From NCBI GenBank assembly GCA_045655765.1, contig JAZOQA010000022.1, positions 4,573 through 68,572 on the forward strand: DNA of 64,000 nt, written 5' to 3'. Source of the stretch: Eubacteriales bacterium. Lineage in GTDB: Bacteria > Bacillota > Clostridia > Oscillospirales > CAG-272. Position 1 is the stretch's first letter, and each line of letters starts with the position of its first letter. Below, in pieces: positions 19,769 to 29,700 of this stretch. The notes beneath the pieces were generated by a model. The model ran no database searches, was not told the DNA's origin, and saw nothing but the letters and a program-made list of their open reading frames with translations. The translations under genes were made by a program, and so were the position numbers.

Positions 19769-20099
19769 TCTTCTTTGATTTAGCGATTGCTTCCAACCAA
19801 GAGTAATACTGCTTACGCTTCTTCGCTATAACGGCAGGATGGAGTTCGCCCATTCCGTTGCGGTACGGAGTACAGTAGAAACACTCCACTTCGAGGTCTC
19901 TCACGAATGTATTGTAGTTGATGTAGTGCTTCTGCTTGAGTTTGCGGAAATTGTTTCTATCCATAATGACAAGTTGTCCGCTTGTACCACTTGTAGGCAT
20001 TACGTAGTAACGCTGTCCGTTCTCACTGTGCGCCTTGTCTGCTTTTCTCACTGCCTCACGCAAACGAAGAGAGGCTTTGATTTTCTTAAAAATGTTCAT
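19746..20099 (-). CDS. Hypothetical basic protein (117 aa)
   Basis: An ORF 25 nt downstream of terL on the same strand. Protein-like composition. Confidence 0.45.
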   Translation of the reverse strand: MNIFKKIKASLRLREAVRKADKAHSENGQRYYVMPTSGTSGQLVIMDRNNFRKLKQKHYINYNTFVRDLEVECFYCTPYRNGMGELHPAVIAKKRKQYYSWLEAIAKSKKNGQVRKH

Positions 20100-20123
20100 T
20101 GTACTGTTGTTATTTAGTTAAAC

Positions 20124-22223
20124 TTATATTGTTGCGGCAGATACCGCCTTTCTCTTCTTGGTTATAAACCTACCCACACGAGGAACAAACCTCGGCAATT
20201 CCATTTCAAAGAAACAGATGTGCAGACCTATTGCACGTGTCATCAGCAAGTCATCGTGTTTTCCTGTAATTGCTCCGAATGCTCCGTTCGGTTTCTTCTC
20301 ATAGCACAGGTATTCGTCCAGGCATCGTGCATCACGTTCGGTATAGAGGTTTTCACGAATGACCTTTACGAGTGTGGATATAATCATTGGTTTTGTGGCA
20401 ATGTTGGTGTGGAAGCCATAATTCTTTGGCAAGCCCTCACGTATTGCCTCCTCCGACTGCTTGCGTGCATAGAGGTTGGGATAAATATCCTTAATCTGAT
20501 TGAGGATAAACTGTGATTGGTCGCCGTCCACCTCACGCTCCTTGTCGTGTGTTTCGAGCGTGTTGCTCTCTATCACAAGCAGGGAGTTGTCATAGAACGC
20601 TGCTATCTGTGCCGCTTTCCACGCCAACAAGTCAATATCTATGTGTCCGTACCATTGTGCCACAACGGTAGGTTTCCCACCCTCTGCCATAAACAGACGG
20701 TCGAGAACGAGGATAACAGAGAAGTCGGCTTTGTTGGAACGTCCTCCGACATCGACTATCGTAACGTATCTGTCTGTTACAATCTCTTTATCGTCAATCT
20801 CGGGCATTTCCCAAATGTGCAGCAAGCCCTGTTTATCTTCGGTGAAGCGTAGATTTTTCAAAGCATTCTTGCCCTCATCTTCATCGGCATACACCTCACC
20901 AATGTAGCGAGGTGGGCGACACGATGGGCGCAGCTTCTCAACCTTGTATTTGTCGAACACTCTTGCTCCCGAATGTACGAAAGCCTCAACATCATCAGAC
21001 GGGAACTCTGCCGCCATCAATCCGTGGTCGGTGTACTTCGCACGCTCCTGTATGTACCAATTTATTGCTTCGAGTGTTGCGCCCTGTTCCCATAACCACC
21101 ACAGATATTTTCCGCTCTCCTCACGTACTGACGGAACATTGTCGTTTTCACGGTTGGCATAAAGCATCTGTGCGAATATCTCCACATCGTCAATGGGTAG
21201 AGAATACTGCTCAATGTCGAACCACGAAACGAACATTGCTTCAAACTGTGATTTTCCGCTCTTGGCATCGTCATACTCCTTTTGGAAGAAGTTTCCTGTT
21301 CCATTGGCGGTACTCTCATATACAATCATCGTGTAAGGACGTAGCAATACACCCGAGCAGGCAGAGCGCACAATATCTTCGGGCTTCTTACCCTCTGTCG
21401 CTTTCCATAGTCCGACCTCGGAAAGATGCACGAGGTTGTAATCACCACCACGACAAGAGTCCGGGCGTTCTGCTGTACCAATCTTGATTTTGCAGTTACG
21501 CTGTGGTACACGATGAATACTGCCCGACTTACCCACGCCGACCAATTTAGGCTCATTCTCATTGTATGCCTCGCCCAACTTGTGCAGCATTTCCACAGGA
21601 TAGTTCTTAATCATACGGTCGAACATATCCTTGATTTCGTCAGAGCCTGCACCTTGATGTGCAATGATAAGCGAGTTCAAACCGACCTTGTGAACGAGTT
21701 GCAACCACGCCATATACAACTGCGATGTGGTAGAGCCACCCCATTGTCGAGCCTTCAAGAGAACAATACGAATGGGCTTGTTTGCCTTACGGCGTTTTTC
21801 CAAACGTGCAATAAACCTACGTTGAGGGCGTGTGAGGCGAAACAATACATCTTCGCCACCACCTTTATTCTTGATATATACAAATGTTGCCGCCCAAAAG
21901 GGAAAGTCGTGTTTGTTTCTGATGCGTACAAACTGACTGATAACTTTTAGTCGGTCGCTTTCGTAGTCCTCCTCTTCATTAGCCCCGATTTCCTGCAAGA
22001 ACTTTTCAATGGAGCCGCATTCCGCAAGTTGCCGTACAAGCGGCACTTTCATCATTTCAACAGGCAGGTATTGTGTGCGTATGGGGAAGTCCTCAATAAC
22101 CACCTTTACACGCTCACCGACCGAGCCGAAACCGCTGATTGGGTCGAAACGTGCGTACACCTCCGCATTACGGCGGTTGTTCTCTTCGATTATATTGCGT
22201 ATTGCGGTGTTCATATCAGCCAA
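20124..22223 (-). CDS. terL: Terminase large subunit
   Basis: It has a Walker-A-like KARQWGGSTT (terminase-type RQxGxS/T), a 699-aa length, and a C-terminal nuclease-type acidic segment VDVGGRSNKADFSVILV. It is adjacent to the portal. Confidence 0.8.
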   Translation of the reverse strand: MADMNTAIRNIIEENNRRNAEVYARFDPISGFGSVGERVKVVIEDFPIRTQYLPVEMMKVPLVRQLAECGSIEKFLQEIGANEEEDYESDRLKVISQFVRIRNKHDFPFWAATFVYIKNKGGGEDVLFRLTRPQRRFIARLEKRRKANKPIRIVLLKARQWGGSTTSQLYMAWLQLVHKVGLNSLIIAHQGAGSDEIKDMFDRMIKNYPVEMLHKLGEAYNENEPKLVGVGKSGSIHRVPQRNCKIKIGTAERPDSCRGGDYNLVHLSEVGLWKATEGKKPEDIVRSACSGVLLRPYTMIVYESTANGTGNFFQKEYDDAKSGKSQFEAMFVSWFDIEQYSLPIDDVEIFAQMLYANRENDNVPSVREESGKYLWWLWEQGATLEAINWYIQERAKYTDHGLMAAEFPSDDVEAFVHSGARVFDKYKVEKLRPSCRPPRYIGEVYADEDEGKNALKNLRFTEDKQGLLHIWEMPEIDDKEIVTDRYVTIVDVGGRSNKADFSVILVLDRLFMAEGGKPTVVAQWYGHIDIDLLAWKAAQIAAFYDNSLLVIESNTLETHDKEREVDGDQSQFILNQIKDIYPNLYARKQSEEAIREGLPKNYGFHTNIATKPMIISTLVKVIRENLYTERDARCLDEYLCYEKKPNGAFGAITGKHDDLLMTRAIGLHICFFEMELPRFVPRVGRFITKKRKAVSAATI

Positions 22224-22707
22224 TCTTTACAGGTTTGTTCAACAATGCCACCGCCCCACCTGCCATATAGCAGTACAGGTGTACCAACGCATTGGTGTTG
22301 GGGAAAAGGAAGCCTGCCACAAGATATGCAAGCATCCATAACTGATAATATGCTTTACGCTGTACCTCGAAAGAGATAGAGCCGAAGAGTGCAAACACAA
22401 CGCCCGACAAACCAACGGTAGGAATGCCGGACAGACAAAATGACGGAATGGTTACAGCGATAATATATGAAAGGAAAAACCGCCATAGCGATATGTCGTA
22501 GATGAATATGACAGAGAGCAGACACCACGCATTCAATGTGGCGTGCAATACATTAGCGTGATAAAAAGGATAGAGCATACGACAGCCGAGTCCGCACCCT
22601 GTATAGATGCCGACCGCATACCAATCCGTCATATCCTGTAAAGAGAGACAGAACACGAGGATTGATACTAATAGCGACATAGCCTTAGCTGCTTTCTTCT
22701 TATCCAT
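22216..22707 (-). CDS. Rhomboid-family intramembrane serine protease (minimal, 163 aa)
   Basis: About six hydrophobic helices carry the three rhomboid signatures: HANVLHATLN (HxxxxHxxxN), GLSGVVFALFG (GxSG catalytic Ser) and ALVHLYCYMAGG (catalytic His). It overlaps the terL start by 8 nt. Confidence 0.75.
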   Translation of the reverse strand: MDKKKAAKAMSLLVSILVFCLSLQDMTDWYAVGIYTGCGLGCRMLYPFYHANVLHATLNAWCLLSVIFIYDISLWRFFLSYIIAVTIPSFCLSGIPTVGLSGVVFALFGSISFEVQRKAYYQLWMLAYLVAGFLFPNTNALVHLYCYMAGGAVALLNKPVKIG

Positions 22708-23102
22708 TCTTTCCTCGCTTTACAAACCATAATTTTGGCACTGCCGGGTGTGAGATAGAATTTCGGTGCAGGTTGAATGACTACCATTGCACATAGTTCA
22801 GAGGTAGTTTTATCGGGATGTTTCTCACGCATTATGGCTACACGGCGGTAGATTTCTTCGTACATCTCACGTTTGGAAGCACACATCTTATCCAAACGTG
22901 CCTCTCCTCTCATCATTGCAGAAATGACAAGAGCAGCACGAATGTCACTCACCCAAAAACGGCGTGATGGCATATTGACAATATTGTTGTACACATCCGG
23001 CATACGGATATAGTCGCACGATTGAATATATTCATCGTACGCCCTCATCAAGTCGTCTGAACGCTCTTGTGAGTACTCCATCAATGCTCCTTTATGCTTC
23101 AT
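22668..23102 (-). CDS. Hypothetical protein; positional candidate for the small terminase or a DNA-binding subunit
   Basis: A 144-aa basic, helical ORF that is the first gene of the minus-strand packaging operon. No motif recognised. Confidence 0.4.
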   Translation of the reverse strand: MKHKGALMEYSQERSDDLMRAYDEYIQSCDYIRMPDVYNNIVNMPSRRFWVSDIRAALVISAMMRGEARLDKMCASKREMYEEIYRRVAIMREKHPDKTTSELCAMVVIQPAPKFYLTPGSAKIMVCKARKEWIRRKQLRLCRY

Positions 23103-23188
23103 TTTCTAACTCATTGCCGACCTATTTGTGTTCCAAAGTTACACATTGGAGCGTAAAAAGATAAACATAACAAGCGTTTATTTCGGGT

Positions 23189-23196
23189 TATTTTTG
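23189..23196 (+). promoter_or_regulatory. Candidate -7 promoter box TATTTTTG (TAnnTTTG)
   Basis: Lies in the divergent intergenic region 23103-23234, 39 nt upstream of the scaffold ATG. It matches the Bacteroidota -7 consensus. The -33 element is not clear. Confidence 0.3.
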
Positions 23197-23234
23197 CTTC
23201 ACAGTTTCGTACAACATCTAAATATTTATAGTAT

Positions 23235-24023
23235 ATGTCTAAGAATACGGAAGTTAAAAGCAATCGAGACCGATACACGGAACGATTGAAAGCGAAGTAT
23301 CCCGACAAGGAATTTGCCGATGATGAGGCGTTATTCGGTCAAATCAATGACGATTACGACAGTTACGACAATGAATTATCGGGTTATCGTGAGCGAGAAA
23401 AAGCCCTTTCAGACCTCTTCGCAAGCAATCCACGCAGTGCAGCTTTCCTTACCGATTGGCGAAAGGGTGAAGACCCAATCATCGGAATGGTGCGCAAATT
23501 CGGCGATGATTTCAAGGCAGCACTTGAAGACCCCGAGAAGCAGGAAGCACTTGCCGCAGCCAACAAGGAGTTTGCGGAGCGTATTGCCAAAGAGGAGCAG
23601 TATGAGGGCGAGTACCAAACCAACATCAATGAGACCCTAACCACACTCGAAGCGATGCAACAGGAAGATGGCTTGTCGGATGAGGACATCGACAACGCTA
23701 TGGAGTTCCTTTTGGGTATCGTACGTGACGGCATTATGGGCAAGTTCACACGTGAGAGTGTGCATATGGCACTCAAAGCCATTAAGCACGACAGCGATGT
23801 AGAACAGGCAGACCGTGAGGGCGAAGTGCGAGGACGCAACACCAAGATTGAAGAGAAGTTGCGCAAGGGTGGCAAGAGTGACGGCACAGCCAACCTCGGC
23901 AGCAAGAACGGAGGCGGCAAGGGTGCATCACGAGAAATGCCCGATTTAGGAGCCATTGACCAGAACTACGGCACTCAAAACATTTGGGAACGTGGTGGAG
24001 AGAAACGCAGACCAAACAAGTAA
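23235..24023 (+). CDS. Scaffolding protein (probable)
   Basis: An acidic, helix-rich 262-aa ORF immediately upstream of the capsid gene. Positional call. Confidence 0.5.
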   Translation: MSKNTEVKSNRDRYTERLKAKYPDKEFADDEALFGQINDDYDSYDNELSGYREREKALSDLFASNPRSAAFLTDWRKGEDPIIGMVRKFGDDFKAALEDPEKQEALAAANKEFAERIAKEEQYEGEYQTNINETLTTLEAMQQEDGLSDEDIDNAMEFLLGIVRDGIMGKFTRESVHMALKAIKHDSDVEQADREGEVRGRNTKIEEKLRKGGKSDGTANLGSKNGGGKGASREMPDLGAIDQNYGTQNIWERGGEKRRPNK

Positions 24024-24063
24024 CAGTCAATTTTATTTATTCACCTTTCAAAAATTTACAGCA

Positions 24064-25491
24064 ATGAAGAAAGCAACAAGTTTTCTGTGTCGCATCTTGC
24101 TAATGACATTAGCATTTGTGACGGGCGCATCGGGCGGTGTCTTTATGGCTAACGCCTCCGAACTCCCCGATGCAGGTAAGACAGTAGCCGGTGCTGATGG
24201 CACAGGCGGAACGGACGGTATCGCAACGGAGACCGTAGGTAGAACTGAGGGCGACCCAAATTTTTATTTGAGCGATGTGGACAAACGCATCGTGAAGATA
24301 CGCCCGATGGCAACCCCTATCGACCAAATCAGCCGTTATGCGAAGTCGAGCAGCACGAACTCGTTCGAGGTCAAGTATTACAGCGTAGGCACACGAGAAA
24401 TCAAGTGCAGCACAAGCGCAAAGGTTACTGCTATGGTATCGGGCGCAAGTGTATCACTCCCTGTGGACGACCTCAATATGTTCACTTTGGACGATACTAT
24501 CCGCGTAGTAGGTGTACCTGCCAAGACTAAACCCGATGGAACGGCGTACACTTCCGAAGACAGCCTCATCCCCGACCTTGTATTGTGTGTATGCGGTAAA
24601 GACAGCACAACCAACCTGCCTACCGTCTATGCAGTAAACGGTACGATGGACAGCTCTACCAAGCAGCCTATCCTTGTACCCGAAATTCCACAGGGAACTA
24701 CCCTTGTACGTATGGGTAAGGCTTGCGGTGAGTTGGACGTACAAACAGGACGTTTCAACAACATTCCTATGCCGGAGACACAGTACTGCCAAAACTTTAT
24801 GATACAGGTTGAGCAGTCCACCTTCGACAAGATTGCAGCCAAGGAAGTAAATTGGAATTTCTCTGACATTGAGGAGGACGGCGTATATGATATGCGTCTT
24901 GCTATGGAGAATACCTATCTGTTCGGTGTTAAGAACGTCATCAAGCATATTGCCAAGGACGGTATGAACACTTGGTTTACAGGTGGTATTTGGTGGATGG
25001 CAGGTAAGGACATCGAGGTTGGTGAGTGGGACGACGAAAAGAAGTGTGCCGTTATCACCGATGAGAACCTCGTGGATATTACCAAAGACCTCTTTGTCGG
25101 TACAGGTATCGGTAACAAGCGTAAAATTCTTTTCTGCGGTAGCGATATGCTCTCTGCATTCTCAAAGATTAAGAGTGAGAAGTTCCGTCTGAAAGACACC
25201 GTAGAGGTTTGGAACTTGAAGTTCAAGTCTTGGGATACCGACTTCGGTGAGGTTCTCACTATTCATCACGAGTTGTTTGATGTGAACGGTATGAGCGATT
25301 GCGGTTTTGCAATGGACCCCGAATACTTGTCAAAGAAGACTCATATCTCTTGGGCAAGAAACGTACTCGACTTGCAGAAGGCAGGTATTCGCCGTACAGA
25401 TGCCGTAGTTATTCAGGAGGTAAGTTGCTTGTACTTGCGCTATGCAAAGGCACACGCACGTATGAAACTTGCCAAAGCACCTACCACATAA
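24064..25491 (+). CDS. Major capsid protein (probable)
   Basis: It follows the scaffold gene. The C-terminal half (...DTDFGEVLTIHHELF...GFAMDPEYLSKKTHISWARNVLDLQKAG...VIQEVSCLYLRY) resembles podovirus HK97-fold capsid families. The start is uncertain: 24064, 24103 or 24145. The ORF opens at 23956 but that start overlaps the scaffold gene. Confidence 0.6.
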   Translation: MKKATSFLCRILLMTLAFVTGASGGVFMANASELPDAGKTVAGADGTGGTDGIATETVGRTEGDPNFYLSDVDKRIVKIRPMATPIDQISRYAKSSSTNSFEVKYYSVGTREIKCSTSAKVTAMVSGASVSLPVDDLNMFTLDDTIRVVGVPAKTKPDGTAYTSEDSLIPDLVLCVCGKDSTTNLPTVYAVNGTMDSSTKQPILVPEIPQGTTLVRMGKACGELDVQTGRFNNIPMPETQYCQNFMIQVEQSTFDKIAAKEVNWNFSDIEEDGVYDMRLAMENTYLFGVKNVIKHIAKDGMNTWFTGGIWWMAGKDIEVGEWDDEKKCAVITDENLVDITKDLFVGTGIGNKRKILFCGSDMLSAFSKIKSEKFRLKDTVEVWNLKFKSWDTDFGEVLTIHHELFDVNGMSDCGFAMDPEYLSKKTHISWARNVLDLQKAGIRRTDAVVIQEVSCLYLRYAKAHARMKLAKAPTT

Positions 25492-25522
25492 ACGAGAATA
25501 ACAGAAACTAAAAGTTCAACCG

Positions 25523-25551
25523 AGGGATGGGCGTAGTCCCGTCCCTTTTTT
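25523..25551 (+). terminator. Intrinsic terminator after the capsid gene
   Basis: AGGGATGGG-cgtagt-CCCGTCCCT (one G-T pair) followed by TTTTTT. Confidence 0.5.
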
Positions 25552-25566
25552 AATTTTCCAAAGTAT

Positions 25567-26127
25567 ATGATTAAGACCTACAAAGCGAACACCAACGTCA
25601 GCATCAACGTGGTGCTTCCAAGCAAGAAGAACTTGCACATTTCGTTCGTTCCTCTGTCAAACGGCAGCAGCACATTCACGACCGACAACGAGGAGATTAT
25701 GAACGCCATTGAGTGCCATTACAATTTTGGCAAGTTGTTCCGCCTCCACAGCGTACAGGGCGAAAGCAAAAAGAAAGCGACAAAGGCTGTGGAAATGCCT
25801 GCAAAGAAAGAGGAGAAAGCAGAGGACAAGCCTGCCGACAACCCCAATCCAACCCCAACTCCGGCAGAGGACGCTACTGTTATCGACAACGATAATGAGG
25901 GCGAAGATGCAAACGAGGACGGAGAGGACAACGAGCAGGACGACAATGCCTCAACCGAGGGCGCAGACACCGATACTGAATTGAAGCAGGTAACTGTCAG
26001 CGACCTTGCCGCCGCCAAAGATTACCTTGCAGACAAATTCGGCATCAGCCGTACCACCTTGCGTAGCAAGAAAGCCATTGTCGAGCAGGCAGCCGCTAAT
26101 GGTATCGAGTTCGTTGGATTGTCATAA
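25567..26127 (+). CDS. Hypothetical virion-module protein with an acidic low-complexity centre
   Basis: A 186-aa ORF after the capsid gene with a central E/D/N/K/P-rich tract. The C-terminal helix-extended-helix-like segment is VSDLAAAKDYLADKFGISRTTLRSKKAIV. Confidence 0.5.
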   Translation: MIKTYKANTNVSINVVLPSKKNLHISFVPLSNGSSTFTTDNEEIMNAIECHYNFGKLFRLHSVQGESKKKATKAVEMPAKKEEKAEDKPADNPNPTPTPAEDATVIDNDNEGEDANEDGEDNEQDDNASTEGADTDTELKQVTVSDLAAAKDYLADKFGISRTTLRSKKAIVEQAAANGIEFVGLS

Positions 26128-26140
26128 AGAGTAATGAGGT

Positions 26141-26779
26141 ATGACAGTCTATCCACTTGATAAGATTGCGGAAGATGTTCGCATAGCACTTGACCAAAAT
26201 ATGTCGAGTGATGCGCTGACAGAAATCGGCGATGTGGACACCCTTGCCCTCAATGACATCATCAAGTCGAAGATTGTTGAGGCTGTCAAGCGCATACACA
26301 GCGAAGCACCCCCTCACTTACTTGACGGAGGTCATAATTTCGGCGATGCCGTGTATTGGATGGAACACGAAAGCGGTTGGGTACTCTTGCCGGAGGACTT
26401 TATGCGCTTTGTGGTGTTCGAGATGGACGATTGGGCGAGACCTGTTTTCACCTGTTCCAACACGGACGACCCCGAATATGAGAAGCAACATTCACGCTTC
26501 AAAGGCATACGAGGCACGGCGCAACGCCCTGTCTGTTTCGTTTCGATACGTCCAGAGGGACGTGTGTTGGAGTTCTATTCCTGCAAGAGCGAGGAGGCAA
26601 TGGTAAGCCGTGCCGTATATCTTCCCTATCCAAAAGTGGACGAATACGGTGCTATCGAGATTTGTCAGCGATGTTACGATGCAGTGGTTTACACCACAGC
26701 AGCATTAGTGTTAATCACGTTCGGCGACACGGAGCGAAGCAACGTGTTGAACGAATTGGCTAAATCAACTTTAATATGA
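26141..26779 (+). CDS. Hypothetical structural protein (head-tail adaptor candidate)
   Basis: A 212-aa ORF between the head genes and the fibre gene. Its stop overlaps the fibre ATG (ATGA). Positional call only. Confidence 0.45.
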   Translation: MTVYPLDKIAEDVRIALDQNMSSDALTEIGDVDTLALNDIIKSKIVEAVKRIHSEAPPHLLDGGHNFGDAVYWMEHESGWVLLPEDFMRFVVFEMDDWARPVFTCSNTDDPEYEKQHSRFKGIRGTAQRPVCFVSIRPEGRVLEFYSCKSEEAMVSRAVYLPYPKVDEYGAIEICQRCYDAVVYTTAALVLITFGDTERSNVLNELAKSTLI

Positions 26780-29700
26780 GTTCAATAAAGACGACACAGA
26801 TTGACGGTGATGTTTCCGTTGGTCGCAACGTGGCTGTTGGTGGCAGAGTAACCGTTCAAGGCAGTTCCCAATTCAAGGGAAGTGTAAAGATTGAGGGTTG
26901 GCTTGATGCCAAGAACATCAAAGGAGCGAACAAAGGTATCTTCACTTCGATAGAGAAATTGAAAGCCGCCTATCCATTGCCTCACGATGGTTGGTGGGCT
27001 ATTGTCGGAAAAACTCTCCCCGGGCCCATTTATGTGGGTGATGGTGGCGAATGGGTAGCCACAGGCGAAGAGGGAGGAAATCCGACCGTTGATAGCGAGC
27101 AGTACAACGAAGCCGTAGCCGAGTTGCAGGGAGACATTGCCCTGTTGGAGCAAGATGTGAAAGACATCGAAGCCAAAGACAAGGCGCAGGATACTCAACT
27201 GACGACTATCGGCGGACAGGTAAACAACCTGCAAACTAAATTAGATACCGTAGAGAGCACAGCCAATGAAGCCAAGACAAAGGCAAATTCGGTGGGTGCT
27301 GACCTTGCATCATTCAAAGCGACAAAGGGAGCGGCAAACGGACTTGCCCCATTGGGCGATGATGCCAAAATCCCTGCAACCTATTTGCCCGGTTTTGTCG
27401 ATGATGTGATTGAGTTTGCAGAGGCAGTAGAAAAAATTGTAGTGCAACAAACCGAACTTGGCTCTGTTTCGGAATATACACGTGTTGTTTATAACAAGGA
27501 CAGCAACGTGTTCGTAATTGCTCGCATCGTTGAAATAGAAAATGAGAGTGGAGAAATAGAGAACGAGATTTACTATTATCCAAAGTGGGAAGATAGTGAA
27601 ATTTGGGGACTACAATCCTATAATGGCGTTATTCCACAGGCAGGTAAGGTTTATGTTGATAAGTCGAGAAACATCACTTATCGTTGGAGCGGCAGCACCC
27701 TTGTTGCCATTGGCTCAGACCTTGCTTTGGGCTATACCGATAGTACGGCATTTCCCGGTAGTGACGGTAAGAAGTTGCAGGACGATATGCAGACTGCACA
27801 GACGAACATCAGTACTCTCAACAAAAACCTTACAGGCGCAACCGCACACATAATTGCCCGAAGCGTAGTTAATGTAAACCAACTGTTCGGTTTGACAGGC
27901 AGAGAAATCACGTTTGCCGTAGCCCTTGACCGCATCGCCAACTATGAGGCAGCAGCCACCATTCAGATACCGGGCGTTGTACTTACGTTCCTTACAGAAA
28001 ATGGTTGGCAGTCGAAGCAGTGGACAAATACCGCTGATTGGACTACTGAAAGCAATTGGACTGACTTCGGTGCAAACGGAGAGAGCATTGGCAACACAAT
28101 CAACGTGAATGCCCTTTGTGATAACATCGAGTATTCGTTGAGTACCGCCATTCAAGCCGTGCAGGACTTGGAGAAAGAAAGCGGACTATCCTACTTCAAG
28201 AGCGGTGTTGTGCTGACATTCAAGACCGCAGACACCGACCTCAACGGCGCACCTGTATGGCTTGCCTATCAGTTCACACGAGAGGTAGCCGACATAAACC
28301 CTGCCGATGAAAAGCCTTGGGTTGCTTTCGGTGGCGGAGGTAGCGGCAATGTGGAAACCGCAGATGTACCCGAGAAAGCCGGCAAGCAAGCCCTTTCAAC
28401 AGGCGGTGCATACGAAATGCAGGAGAAAGCCATCGGCGGTTTTGACGAAGAGAGCGATGAGGACTACATCTATTACAAGGCTGTAAACCTCAACGGCGCA
28501 CAACTTCCCGATGTGCAAATCAAGATACCGAAGAATACAGGAGGTGGCGGTTCGAGCGAGGACAGCACCCTGTCTATCTACTTTGAAGAAGCTGCACCTA
28601 CCGTAGCATACGGCTCTGACATCATCGTAAATGTTGCCTTGCGTAGCGTAAGTTACCCGGACGGCAACGAGGTATTGGGCGTTATCCGTAGCCTCGCTAT
28701 CGTTGATGCAAGTACAGGTTTGACACTGTTCAGCGAGAGTATGAACGAGGTCGGTTCGGCAAGTGCCACCGATTACAAGTTCGCCCTTGACTTCACAGAG
28801 TATTTCAGCAGTGCTGCATCAAAGAGTTTCTTTGTACAGGCAACCGATGCGGACGGAAACAGCAAGAAGAAAGCCATTACCATTGTGGCGGTCGATGTTA
28901 CCGTTGAGCAGCCTATGGCATTGAACTACACAAGTAGCACGGCATTGACCGTAGGCGGCTCTGCAAAGAGTATCGGTCAGTTCTATAAGTTCCCTAACAA
29001 CTCATCGTCTATCCTTGCCGTTGTGGAAATGCTCTATAACGGAGAATGGAAGAAGTTGGGCGAGGCGACCGTAAGCGACAGTTACACCAAGAGTATTTCG
29101 GTAAATCCGAGCAATGTGTTTGGCGGTGGCGAACGTCTCTTGCACGGTGCATACCCTGTGCGCATTTATGGTATTGAAACCAAGTCGAGAGTAAGGGGTA
29201 ACACCATCTATTCGGCTATTATGTGCGTTGATGCAGACAACACGACACCGATTGTTGCTATCCGCTTCAACGACACCAATAACGGCTCGTTGCGCCTGTA
29301 TGACAACTTGACCGTTGAGGTTGCCGCATACACTTCAGGCAAGACCGAGACACCTATTAGGGTGTATTATGGCGATGAACTTGTAACCTCCGTTGAGGCT
29401 ATGATTGCCGAGACTATCAAGGTAAACAAGCAGATACAGGGCTACCGTACTGACGGAACACAGCAAATCATCGTACACGCAGAGAGTGGTCTTTCAATAA
29501 CCAATCCAATAGAGGTAACTGTATCGGGCAGTGCCATTGGTGCCGTAATCAAAGACGGTGCTTTGTTCGGCTTCGACTTTGCAAGCCGTAGCAACAGCGA
29601 GAGCGACCATACCATTAAGAACAATGGCGTGGAAATGGTTGTGAAAGGCTCGAACTATTCAAGCAACGGTTTCGTGGACTACCTCGGTGAGCGTTGTTTG

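Noticed and set aside
23956-24063. Upstream extension of the capsid ORF (start at 23956)
   Set aside because: It overlaps the 3' end of the scaffold gene by 68 nt, and the encoded 36 aa look like out-of-frame sequence. The ATG at 24064 or later is preferred.
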